From contig OX597814.1 in assembly GCA_951406725.2 (NCBI GenBank), forward strand, positions 99,510,001 through 99,574,000: a DNA stretch of 64,000 nucleotides. Direction: 5' to 3'. Position numbers and translations under genes: made by a program. Positions 14,020-26,300 of the stretch are shown in pieces. The stretch comes from Octopus vulgaris. Taxonomy: Eukaryota. Every line of letters begins with the position of its first letter. Position 1 is the stretch's first letter. Under the pieces are notes generated by a model. It was not told the DNA's origin, did not search any database, and worked only from the letters and a program-made list of their open reading frames with translations.

Positions 14020-14700
14020 ACTCGCAATTGGTTGAGTATTCCACAGGCATGCATACCATTAACGTAGTTCTCAAGGAGATTCAGCTTCACAAATAATATG
14101 ACACGGCTGGCCTCTTTGAATTACAGCTAGAACTCATTTTGGCCAGCTGAGTGGACTGGAGCAAGATAAACCTTCAAGTGCTTGAAAGAAAAGGGAAAAA
14201 GAACGTATACAGGGGTAGGAAAATCGTTTTAGTCGTTACGGTCACTATGGGTGTTAATCCTGTCCTAAAAGCCGCATATGTGGGTCTCACAGATCCTCAG
14301 GCCAAGCCCCGAGATTAATACCGATGCGCAGGCTGTTGTTATCAATACACGACGGAATAGCAATTATTTTGTCTTAGCATTCACTGCTTATACTAAACAC
14401 ATGACATTTTTGCCTTGCGGTATGGAACATTTCCTTTATTTCCATTCTTTTTTTAAAATGGCACTCCCTCAGTTATGACGAAGAAGTTCCTGTTTATCCG
14501 ATCAATGGAACAGTTTGCTAATAAAATAAACGCGCAACTCGCTTAGTACTCCACAGACATGCATACCATAACGTAGAATGTGACAAGGCCGGCCCTTTTG
14601 AATTACAACTACAACTTCTGAGTGGACTGCAGAAAGGTGAATCGTACTCATGACTTTACGATCGTGGGCCGAATATTCCTAACTACTGAGCCGCGCATCT
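14020..14700 (-). mobile_element. Two decayed copies of SINE family C
   Basis: GACAAGGCTGGCCC..GAATTACA..CTGAGTGGACTG motifs at ~14020-14165 and ~14465-14700, shared with 55155-55435. Confidence 0.75.
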
Positions 14701-15029
14701 TCACTCTGTTAAGCGTAAGGAAAAAGAGTTAAGCGATAGAGACAGAGAAAGGAAAGCATCAGGCATTTACAATGACAATTAGACTGAAATAAGTTCGATA
14801 TTTTCTAGCTCCTTTACTGTTACGAATGTAGAAGACGGGAAAACATTTAATCATGAATAGAGGGGAAGTCTTTCAGGTGTTTACGTTTTTATTGTGGGAG
14901 TTCTAGAACGATCAAGTGTTAGTTCTCCCTTTTTTCTCTCACTTCCGGTACTTATTCGCCTTCTTCGTGTCTTTTATTTTGTGGAGAAAGGCCATATTTC
15001 TTTCTTCAGATACATATATTCTCTTCATT

Positions 15030-15215
15030 ACTATTACTTGACAACCGATATTGGTGTGTTTGCGTCCCCGTAGCTTAGCTGTTCGGCAGAAGCGAGTAAT
15101 ACAATAAGCATCAGGCTTACGAGGAATAAGTCCAGGGGTCGATTTCTTCCACTAACGGGTGATGCTTCAGTATGATCACCGTGAAATAACTGAAACAAGT
15201 AACAGAATAAAAGAA
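15030..15215 (+). mobile_element. SINE family B, 3' half
   Basis: CTTGACAACCGAT..GGTGTGTTT..GGGGTCGATTT..CTGAAACAAGTAA. Confidence 0.8.
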
Positions 15216-15420
15216 TACCAGAAGAAGTTTCTTTGAATATGTACGATATATTTTAAGGCTAAATAGTAATTCTGTTCACTTTTACGTAACTGAGATATTT
15301 TTATTGGATTATATAGTTATTGGTTTTATACTTCTTTCTATACTCTCTAACAGTCACAATATAGAAATATTTCGCATGGCTACAGGACACAATATACAGA
15401 TGCTTGCATTTTTTATATTA

Positions 15421-15449
15421 TCCGTGAGGCTTTCACGGGTCCGGCTAGT
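15421..15449 (+). mobile_element. Helitron-like 3' terminus
   Basis: GC-rich hairpin CCGTGA-GGCTT-TCACGG followed by CTAG|T. Confidence 0.55.
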
Positions 15450-15579
15450 ATATGAGTATATATTATGATATGTTATCATACAGTTATTATTATACTATGA
15501 GTCTACCATACTAGCTTTCTGTACGTAACTTGCAAGGCCTTTCTGGTTTGTTTACAAATATTATATTCATATATATATT

Positions 15580-15651
<72 letters not shown>

Positions 15652-16007
15652 ATTTGGAAAAACAAATTTCCAAATCAATCACGTGTAAACCTTCAGCGTT
15701 ATATGCATCTACATATCATACTTTGGGGTCTTATTTACCGTATATTTATATATTTATCTATAAATATACAAAGTATCTGATAAAAGTCTAAATTCAATTT
15801 TGGGGGATTAATCGATATGCGAGTATTCTATTTCAGATAATACAAAAGTAGCCTAATGGGTATATCTGACAGTAAACTCATGGTATCAGTTTGCACATCA
15901 CGAAATAATACTTAAAGGATATAACCCAAATTACTAGCTGGGTATATAAATTTACTTCATTAATTATATCATTCTTTAGTTAATACTTATATTTATTAAA
16001 TATGGAG

Positions 16008-16067
16008 GAACTACACGTGTTTCAGTATTGGAAGATTACAATATATATACATATACACTACTGTATA

Positions 16068-16122
<55 letters not shown>

Positions 16123-16171
16123 GTATATGCAATCGTCAGATTTACAATTATTCCAACACATCTTCAGGTTC
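16008..16171 (-). ncRNA. Type I hammerhead motif with a (TA)n microsatellite inside loop II
   Basis: Minus strand GAAC-CUGAAGA-U-GUGUUGGAA-[loop]-UUCCAAUAC-U-GAAAC-ACGU-GUA-GUUC. Helix I GAAC/GUUC, 9-bp stem II, palindromic loop III. Confidence 0.7.
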
Positions 16172-16446
16172 TATTTCAAAATATTATATATCTAATTTTA
16201 CATCCCTTTAAAAATAAGCAATACAATTAAGCATTAAAGATTAAAAATTACGAATCAAAAATTACGAATAAAAATTATACTTTGTACTATTAAGAATTAA
16301 CATTTATAAATTGTACATTATAAATATGAACTAGTATATATATATATCATGTAAAATCAAGAATATGTCAAATGAAGAATATGAGATATACGATTAAACA
16401 GCTGAATAAAAATGGCTGTGTTTAAATGTGATATATAACAAAGTAT

Positions 16447-16504
<58 letters not shown>

Positions 16505-16509
16505 TCTGT

Positions 16510-16680
16510 TACTTCTTTTCATATTCTCTCTCTGTTTATTTCATCGTCTTCCTTTCTGTTCAAGAGCGTTGTTGGCTCTAAACGTAGACTTTCTCACCTT
16601 CCCGGGCATCAAATTAATTCACCTGTTTGTTGTTTATACAATTGTCCTCGTCTTTTGTTTTTCTGTAAATTTCTACTCTA
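16510..16680 (+). mobile_element. Decayed copy of the short HHR-like repeat family
   Basis: CCTTTCTGTTCAAGAGCG..GGCTCTAAACGTAG..TGTCCTCGTCTTTTG, between microsatellites. Confidence 0.6.
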
Positions 16681-16702
16681 CGTACATATACATACATACA
16701 TG

Positions 16703-16776
<74 letters not shown>

Positions 16777-16799
16777 CACACACACATACACACTCATAA

Positions 16800-17175
16800 A
16801 GAATAAGGAGAAAATGGAGAGGTAATTACTAAAATTATTTATTAATTATAAAATATGACATCTCTGACAGCTGTTTCGTTTCAGAAATCTTTAGATGAAT
16901 TAATTTACAAAATTAAAATCATTATAAGATGAATCTCTTCAGAGGTAGTACAGACATACCGATTAGAAATATATTTTGAGATAACGGCTATAAATCGTCA
17001 ACATGTATTTCTAATCGATATGTCTTTACTATCTCGGAAGTGATTCATCTAATAATGATTTTAATTTTATCAATTAATTATCTAAAGATTTGTGAATCGA
17101 AACAACTGTCAGAGATGTTGTCATATTCTATAATTAATAATATTATTAATTACATTTCCATTTTCTCCTTATTCT
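16800..17175. mobile_element. Foldback element (~170-bp imperfect arms), each arm carrying a hammerhead motif
   Basis: Ends are GAATAAGGAGAAAATGG and CCATTTTCTCCTTATTC. Left arm, minus strand: CUGAAGA-GAUUCA..UGAAAC-GAAAC-AGCU-GUC. Right arm, plus strand: CGGAAGU-GAUUCA..UGAAUC-GAAAC-AACU-GUC. Confidence 0.8.
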
Positions 17176-17399
17176 GTAAACATTTAAAAATATAGGTACC
17201 ACAGTTTATATGGTTACCTTATAGCTGAACTTGCTAGAGATTGGAAACTAACCAGTATTTTCGTTGGATTTATGATTTCTTAATGAGGTTTATTACCTTT
17301 ACTTTATATACATACATACATATATATCACTACTACTTTATTATCTCCCTTCTTCCTAGCTCTCTTGTCTGACCCCTCTGTCCGGCAATGGCGATGATA

Positions 17400-17580
17400 G
17401 ATCGCTAGCCACTAAACCTTTTATTTTCTCCCTCTTTTTATTTCTGTGTTCCTTTCTGTTGAAAAGCGTAGGCTCGAAACGTAAAAAACGTTCTTACTTC
17501 CCGAGAGTTAGACTAATACGTCTTTTTGTTGTTTACACACCCGTCTTCGTCTTTTGATTTTTTTCATAAAATTCTCACTA
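17400..17580 (+). mobile_element. Copy of the short HHR-like repeat family
   Basis: CCTTTCTGTTGAAAAGCGTAGGCTCGAAACGTAAAAA at 17451-17488, ending at (TA)n. Confidence 0.65.
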
Positions 17581-17599
17581 TATATATATATAAATATAT

Positions 17600-17785
17600 A
17601 TATGTGTCTGTGTCTGTGTTTGTCCCTCCACCATCGCTTGACAACTGGCGTTGGTGTGTAGTGTGTTTATGTCCCTGTAACATAGCGTTTCACCAAAGAG
17701 ACTGGGGTCGATTTCTTCAACTAGAAATCCATTAAGGCGGTGCTCCAGCATAGCCGCTGTCAGATGAACGAAATTGATAAGAGAA
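17600..17785 (+). mobile_element. SINE family B, 3' half
   Basis: TGTGTTTGTCCC..CGCTTGACAAC..GGGGTCGATTT..GGCGGTGCTCCAGCAT. Confidence 0.8.
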
Positions 17786-17793
17786 TATATATA

Positions 17794-18040
17794 TTGGGTT
17801 GGTGCATAATCATTTCAGCGTTTTTTCAACAAATTTTATTCAACAAAAACAATAACAACATGTAACAAAAACATATTTAAATGATTATTCCGGAGCATAT
17901 TCACCATCTACTTTAATTACTGCTTCTCATTTGCCTGGCAGACGGTCAGACTGTCATTTAAAGTTGTTTTTGTTAAATATTATTATTGATTTTGCTGAAT
18001 AAAATTAGTTGAAAAAAAGCCGCAATAATTATGCACCAAC

Positions 18041-18044
<4 letters not shown>
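17794..18044 (-). mobile_element. Mariner-derived MITE
   Basis: TIRs TTGGGTTGGTGCATAA / TTATGCACCAACCCAA with TA flanks. The internal minus strand encodes a mariner C-terminus (DRLPGK*EAVIKVDGEY). Confidence 0.9.
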
Positions 18045-18075
<31 letters not shown>

Positions 18076-18169
18076 GTACACACACGTACACACACGCGTG
18101 TGAGTACGCGAACGCACATATAAATTGACTTAGATTTATATAAGATGCATAAGATCTGTTCATCAAATC

Positions 18170-18628
18170 TAAGTAGAGATTTCAAACTTTAAATCTTCGA
18201 AGCCACAGTCGAACCAATTCTACTATATGGCTCAGAAACCTGGACGTTATCAAAGAAGTTTGAGAGGCGGTTGGATGGAACTTACACTCGCCACCTTATG
18301 AGAGCTCAAAATCTCTCGTGCAAGCGTCATCCAACCAAAGTACAAATATATGGGAAATTACCACCTGTATCATCTCTTGTGAAAGGTAGAAGAGTCCAGT
18401 TTTCTGGACATTGTTGTAGAGCTGAAAACGAGGTAATTTCTGCTCTTCTCCTCTGGAAGCCATCTGCTCGCGATACCAGAGGGCGCACACTCTCCTAACT
18501 TGATCTAATCTCCAGGGATACAGGCATCCAGCAACAGAACCTCCGTAATGCTATGATGGACCGTGAAGTCTGGCGTAATATAATAAATTCCATTGTCTCG
18601 ACCTCGGTCGAACAATGATGATGATGAT
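18170..18628 (+). mobile_element. 5'-truncated RTE-like LINE 3' end with (TGA)n tail
   Basis: Translation PILLYGSETWTLSKKFERRLDGTYTRHLMRA..RRVQFSGHC..DREVWR, ending CAATGATGATGATGA. Confidence 0.85.
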
Positions 18629-19029
18629 AAATTGATCTTGGTGGTATTTCAACTCAGAACGTGATAAATCAGAATAAAAATCGCAATACATTTTGTCCGA
18701 TTCACCAATGATTCACTGCAATAAAAAAAACAACTGTTGTAATAACCAAACGTAAGTCATGAAAATAAACATTTGCTTCTGATTTGATTATTTATACATT
18801 GAGGATAGTGTATAAACTAGTTGCGGTACAAATAAACACCTAATAAACACAAGCTTTTCTGCCTATAAACATAAACGTCCGTATACATGCATACTCCTAC
18901 ATATGTACGTAGTAACTTTCCTATATGTGTGTGTGTATGTGTGCAAAGAGAGAGTTATGTGTCGTGTTTATATACTTAACTATGTTGTAAAAAAGAGAAG
19001 CAGCTTTAACATACTTGCGACAATACACT

Positions 19030-19497
<468 letters not shown>

Positions 19498-21859
19498 TTT
19501 ATTTCATGAATTTGTCATATAGACAGTACAAAGAGCTTTGCGGGCTGGACAAACACATTAATGAATGAAAATGAATTATAATGAATAAATGAGAGACGAA
19601 ACCCAACACCCGTCGATTGGATTTTTCTCGAAAACATATTTTCTTTCTTTTTTTTTAAATCAATATAATGTTTCGAACCTTTTACAAGGAGGAGGCACTA
19701 AAACCTCTTACTTAACATATTTTCTTTTTTCTTTACGCATAAAATTGTTAAGCGATTATTTTAATCAAGCTACGAATAGGTATTCACCATAAACGAAGAC
19801 AAAAGATGTTCTCGGATGCGAGATAAAGGCGACAACGACGAGTAACTATTATGTTTGTGTTCCATTATTGGTCACATGAACCTGTGATTGACTCAATGAA
19901 ACTTTTCATGGCCGATGTGACATCAGTTTTTGCTATTCGGTAAATAAAAGTGTGTGAAAGTCATCGTCGGGTTATATTAGTCGGCCTAAGTATAGATATC
20001 TAAATGTTATAGTAGGAATCGACTGATTTTCATGCCGACACGTATCTCGAAATCATAAGCACATCCTGTGTACCCAAAAATCACCGCAAGATAGAATTGG
20101 CATTCCATTCCAGGTTCGTTATAAAATCTAGACATGTGTAACATATCGACAATATCTTTTTAGTGACAACATTTGGAAATCTCATAATTTATCGCGAATT
20201 CATTTAATTGCATATTCTGTTTAAATGCATAACATTTTCAATCAACAAAGATACGGAATTAAGCAGAGTCACTTTACTTGTGAACCCAAAGGATTTATGA
20301 GACAACCTTAAGATGTAATCTTATAGACAAATATAACGAGAAACATCGATTAAGCAAAAATCATAACAGCAAAATTCTTATGGTATTACTACTAAGTTCG
20401 CTAAAAAAAGCTGTTAATTCTTTTATTATTTATTAGTGTCCATCATCTCCAACAATCCTAAAATATATTTGTTATTTTTCCCCACTGAGTGCTAAACAGT
20501 TAAATGTTATTCCTTTTTGTTTCACCTTTGAACTCGATAATTTTTCTCAGAATCAAAACATATTAACTTGGAATCCGCTGTTTTAAGTATAATCTGATAG
20601 TATTTGCCACTTTAGTGACTGCACATCTCTGGGCCGTTTACATTAGCTTTGGATAAACTTGTACAGATGAAGGATCGCTGATTGTGTGAAGTAGCTAAAA
20701 ATATATGTTGACACACATGAAAGGCACTGTTTAAAAGTAAAATCAAAGCACACTTAGAAAGGTGGAAGTGTAAATACTAGTCAAAGCTTTGGTATTATCT
20801 TGTAGCTGATGTGATGAAAGGATCAGCGAATGACCGATAAGTTGTTAGAAGGTGTCGGAAGGAAACGTTGAGTTTGCCAGAAAACTCAAAATGTTATGTT
20901 TAAGGTCAGACAACAAAAAGAAAGATAGAGATTGACAAGATAAGAAAAGAAGGAAAAAGACATTGAGAGATAAAGGAAATGAAAGGAAAAGAATTGTTGA
21001 AGATGTTAAGTAGAAGAATAAGAAATGAATACAAGAGAAAATTAAATCAATAAAGAAAACGATTAACCAGAATTTAAACACAAGTGTAGAAAACAAACGA
21101 AAACAGAATTGAAGACAGACATAAATATAGACAAGTACTAAGAATAAATTAATGACTGGAAAAGATCTACATTGACTTAAAAAATTAAAAACAAAGAAAG
21201 TAATGAAAACTGGAAATTCCGCTTTTTTTATATTTTCTTTTCTCAAGAGAAAAAACAAGAATTCTACAGCTTCCCTTTTCATTCTACTAAAAATGATGAC
21301 ATAAAAGAGTAAGTATTATTAATTAATTATTCTTCTAACCATTTGTTTCCTTTAATTAATTTCCTTCATCTTAAAATCCCTCAAAGCTGTCATCAGCTTT
21401 AAGTCATCTCGTTTCATCTTTGTATCTCATTTGACTTTATTATTTTTAATACGCTTATTGCTTTAATCTCTCGTAATCATATTTATTCCATAATTATTTC
21501 ATTATTTTTTTCCTTCCTTTCTTTTTCTTAACTAATTTCCCTTCTTTTCTAATTAGTTTTTTGTTCAAACTCGTTCTATCCTTAATGTAGGAGGCAGATT
21601 ACGTGGTTAAGAAATTTGATTCTCAGGAACATAGTTCCAAGTTCGATTCTCGACAAGTAAGCATCTTGGGTAAGTATCTTCTATGTCTTCTACCAGACTG
21701 ATTTATCGAACCGAAATTTACAATAGATTTTACACTATTCTCCGTGTTTAGTCACTTTATCATTTAGTAAATGTACAGTTGTTAACCTTAAATCGTATCC
21801 TTTAATGTAATAACACTACCACACATACACACAAATGCATGCATGCATTTATCAGTTGA

Positions 21860-22197
21860 GGAGGAGACCTCCTTCGGTCATGAATGACCATGAGATTACA
21901 CCTAGAAAGTTACCCTCCGAGGCACAAGTCTGGGCAAGGTTGTTTGTGGAATGCCAGCAGTCGCCCATGCAAACCACACTCCCCTCTCCACACCACCGAT
22001 GTTGTCCAAGGGAAAGGCAAAGACCGATACAGCTTGGCGCCAGTGATGTCGAAAGGCATTTCTACAGCTGAGTTAACTGGAGCAACGCGAAATAAAGTGT
22101 CTTGCTCAAGAACACTACACACAGCCCTGTCCGGAAATCGGACTCACAACATCACGATCGTAAGCTGGACGCTCTAACCACTGAGCCATGCGCCTTA
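21860..22197 (-). mobile_element. SINE family C (tRNA head plus TCTTGAGCAAGACACT core)
   Basis: Minus strand starts GGCGCATGGCTCAGTGGTTAG (A box), then GAGTCCGATTTCC (B-box-like). Confidence 0.8.
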
Positions 22198-22200
22198 TCA

Positions 22201-22251
<51 letters not shown>

Positions 22252-22267
22252 GCCATTGTTATTATTA

Positions 22268-22470
22268 TTGAGAAAAGTAAGAATCTAACCAAAGAGATGA
22301 CGAGAACGTGTGAGACAACAATTATTTCTGCAGTAATTGATGCAGTTAAAAGGTTGAAATAGGAATTGAGACAGGCATAGTTGACCTGCAGAAGTGCTGC
22401 CTTGTATTCTGCAAGAATCCAAAGAAAGGTTCTTGTGTCTTGAGGAAACTTGTTATCAGCAAGCCTCAAG
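22268..22470 (+). mobile_element. R4/Dong-like LINE C-terminal fragment next to (ATT)n
   Basis: EKSKNLTKEMTR..IISAVIDA..DLQK..SARIQRKVL resembles the C-terminus of the 34463-37342 element. Confidence 0.55.
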
Positions 22471-22486
22471 ACAATATCCTAACAAT

Positions 22487-22895
22487 AACTGGCAGAAACG
22501 TTAGCACGCTGGGCGAAATGTTTAGCGGTATTCTGTCTGCCGCTACGTTCTGAGTTCAAATTCCGCCGAGGTCGACTTTACCTTTCATCCTTTCAGGGTC
22601 GATTAAATAAGTACCAGTTACGCACTGGGGTCGATATAATCGACTTAATCTGTTTGTCTGTCCTTGTTTGTCCTCTCTGTGTTTAGCCCCTTGTGGGTAG
22701 TAAAGAAATAGGTATTTCGTCTGCCGCTACGTTCTGAGTTCAAATTCCGCCGAGGTCGACTTTGCTTTTAATCCTTTCGGGATCGATAAATTAAGTACCT
22801 GTTACGCACTGGGGTCGATCTAATCGACTTAATCCGTTTGTCTGTCCTTGTTTCTCCCTTCTTTGTTTAGCCCCTCGTGGGCGATAAAGAAATAA
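22487..22895 (+). mobile_element. Head-to-tail dimer of SINE family A
   Basis: First unit has the A and B boxes. The second starts at the junction AAAGAAATA|GGTATTTCGTCT and lacks the A box. Confidence 0.9.
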
Positions 22896-23071
22896 GAAAC
22901 GGAAAGATACCTATCAAATGTGTGTGTGTAATATTTTGGACAAATTGGCATATATCAAATAGTGTGCTGAGTAAAGCATGTTAACAGTTTGGGCTACCTG
23001 GTCTCATCCACGGTTGTGGGTATATTTCCGTTGGATCAATTTCCAAAATTCCGCAGTGTTAGTTGAGATAA

Positions 23072-23149
23072 TGATTAAGTAGCTAGAAGATGGATTTGGT
23101 ATTGGTCCTTATTTAGATTAATACCAAATCCATCTTCTGCTTACTCGAT

Positions 23150-23152
<3 letters not shown>
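23072..23152. repeat. Hairpin with a perfect 19-bp stem
   Basis: AGAAGATGGATTTGGTATT (23085-23103) pairs with AATACCAAATCCATCTTCT (23120-23138). Confidence 0.85.
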
Positions 23153-23213
<61 letters not shown>

Positions 23214-23214
23214 G

Positions 23215-23450
23215 TGTTTGTGTCTGTTTGTGTCTTTGTGCCAGTGTTTATGCCCTACCACCGCTTAACAACCGGTGTTAGTATGTTTACATCTTTACCA
23301 CAGCGGTTCGGCAAAAGAGACCGTTAGAATAAGTACTAGTCTTCAAACATAAGTCCTGGGGGTCGATTTTTCCACTAAAACCCATTCAAGTCAGTGCCCC
23401 AGCATGGCCACAGCCAAATGACTGAAACAAGTAAAGGATAAGAGATAAAG
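23215..23450 (+). mobile_element. SINE family B, 3' half
   Basis: GCGGTTCGGCAAAAGAGACCG..AATAAGTAC..AAATGACTGAAACAAGTAAA. Confidence 0.85.
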
Positions 23451-25369
23451 ATATTAACTGTGTACGAATTCAGCCTGTTTGACCTCGAATACCTCTGAGC
23501 ATCCATTGCCTAACAATCCATTTATCTATCTGTCTATCTAGTTATCAATCCCTCTACATGTTTGTATGCATGTATATAATTTCAGCGATAGCGTACATGT
23601 GTTCGTATGTTTATTTTACATGTGTACACATGTTTCTTTGCATACGAGAATGCATGAATATATTGCACAACACCTGAAAGCTAAACCAAGAGACCTATGA
23701 AGCGGAAGCAAGTGTATTTGAAATTTATGGGACTTGTCATGACACTGCTAACCTTTGACTTTACACTCACTGTTCCAATTACACAACATCGCTGCAGCGG
23801 AATCTGCTATTTCTCACATCTATATTTTCAAAAGCTATATATATATATATAAATATTACGTTATATTATTATATTATAGTATGTGTATGTGTGTATATCA
23901 CGCGCACAGACACAAACACATAATGTAAAGTAGACATGAGAATTTACATTAAACAAATAATTGAACAAATACTACCAGAGTTTGATATGAGCAACTAATA
24001 GTACGAAAGAAAAAAAAATATTTTAAGATTCTTGTAATCATGTCTACGTTATGTGTATATACATATGGATTAAATCATTTTGAAACATAAAAGCTTAAAT
24101 AACTTCACATACTAGAACTATACATATTCGCTGGATATCACACACACACGGACACACATGCACATACACACATACACACATATATATATGTATGCATGTA
24201 TATATTTATATACATGTATATATACACGTCTATATATGTATTCATACTACGCATACATACATGCATACATAAATACATACACACACACACATATATATAT
24301 ATAGGTATGTAAATATATGGACATATATACACATGTGTAGATACATACTTACGTAGACGTGTGTATATTACGGCTGGCTTTGAAGGAACATTTTTTTATA
24401 TCTTCCTTTCTTAATATATGTTAACTTTGAAGAACATGAAGGTTCAATGCCTCAACAGTGTTTTCGTGAGTTAAGATGTAGAATGATTATACAAGGTTAA
24501 TACGTTTAATATTTTCCATGAATTTCCATGGATTATTTCTTGATGATGAGATAACATGAGCGTTCGCAGGAAGTTTTGAATGCAGGAAATATTTGGCCTT
24601 ATCCTAGGCCGGGACAATTTTGAAAATGTTTAACGAAATTTTTAATCGAAGTTAAGATCTTTGTGACAGGATTTGTGTTGGTAGGAGCGTAGCTCACTTT
24701 AACAAATTAATATAAATACAGATTATAAATAGCCATATTTGTAAAAGAATGTAGAGGTATTATAAAAATATGTTTATAATGTAATGCATAACAGTAGGGA
24801 CAACAGCTTGATCTAGAGTGATAACACATACGGAATCTTTTTTCATATTCTAAATTAAGCTTATTTTCATTAGCTCTATAATATACCACACCTAAATGTC
24901 CACTGTAACATCCAAAGATTGTTGAGGCAAGCTTAGTTATTGAGAAAGGTAATGAAGAACGTTACAAAACTGCTTCTCTGAAAAATAGATCAATAACAAC
25001 GATCATTCATTGAGGGACAGCTTAAATCTTGAAAATTCAACACATCGCTTGTATTCTTACTTTCGTATTTAATATTTTATACGTATTTAGATCAGCAGAA
25101 CGGCAGAATATTTTGAGAACCAGGCTAAAATATTTCCGTTAAAATGTTAATGTAGCAAACTTTGTCTTTCATTACTAACTGCCCGTATGAATAAGTATCA
25201 GTACTAATCTAGAGTCGCTTCATAAAAGCATGTCGCTTCTCTAACATTTGCGACCATCACTGGTATTTAACTCCCTTAACAAAACATGTATATTTCACCC
25301 CAAATTTAATATTTTACATATAGCGTGGTACAATTTCAGTTAAAAAATAAGATTTAAAGGGAGTGGAGA

Positions 25370-25762
25370 AATATTCTTTTCTACTCTAGGCAGTAGGCCC
25401 GAAATTTTGGGGGAGGGAGCCAGTCGATTAGAGTGACCTCAGTATGCAACTGGTACTTAATTTATCGACCCCGAAAGGCAAAGTCGACCTCGGAAGAATT
25501 TGAACTCAGAACGTAAATACAGACGAAATACCTATTTCTTTACTACCCACAAGGGGCTAAACACAGAGAGGACAAACAAGGACAGACAAACGGATTAAGT
25601 CGATTACATCGACCCGAGTGCGTAACTGGTACTTAATTTATCGACCCCGAAAGGATGAAAGGCAAAGTCAACCTCGGCGGAATTTGAACTCAGAACGTAA
25701 CGGCAGACGAAATACGGCTACGCATTTCGCCCGGCGTGCTAACGTTTTTGCCAGCTCGCCGA
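25370..25762 (-). mobile_element. Head-to-tail dimer of SINE family A
   Basis: Same junction as 22487-22895 in reverse (GACGAAATACC|TATTTCTTT at ~25522-25541). Confidence 0.9.
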
Positions 25763-25929
25763 CTTTTGGGGGAAAATATTGATTAATATTTAAGTAAATT
25801 AATTAATGACACCATTTTCTTGTAATTATTGTCTTGTTTTCAGTCCACCTCACTTAGATATCGTCGCATTAATTCCATGAATTTTGTAATCGCATATCTC
25901 GACAGCCAAGTGAAACACGTCTATGCCAG

Positions 25930-26300
25930 ATATCTACCATCAGCCCTCATATATTTCAAGTTTCACTTGAAAAGGAAGATGTGGGCGAATAGGGGAGTGC
26001 TGCTCCACCCCACTGCAATTTGTTGAATGTGATGAGCAAGATCCAAGTAAATAGTATGTTCTGAGCGTAAACATGTAGAATAGAATGGGACGGCTGGAAG
26101 TGGACACTTGCATTATTGGTCGGGCAAACCGTGATTTTTTAGGTCCTCCTATGTGGACACTTGGAAGAATTCTTCTTTATTTTAAATATTTCCTTATTAT
26201 TAAGTTCTTTTTTACAAGTTCTGTGTAATACCGGATTGTACTGTTTTATAGAGTACTGTTCTCTATTTCTTGCAACCCTTTTTGGTTAATAAAGAAAGCA
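25930..26300 (+). mobile_element. Decayed Tx1-like LINE 3' end
   Basis: YFKFHLKRK segment resembles 38760-38810; ends AATAAAGAAA like the element ending at 39166. Confidence 0.5.

Noticed and set aside
22120-22197. tRNA gene
   Set aside because: The tRNA-like A/B boxes continue into a repeated SINE body, so this is a SINE head.
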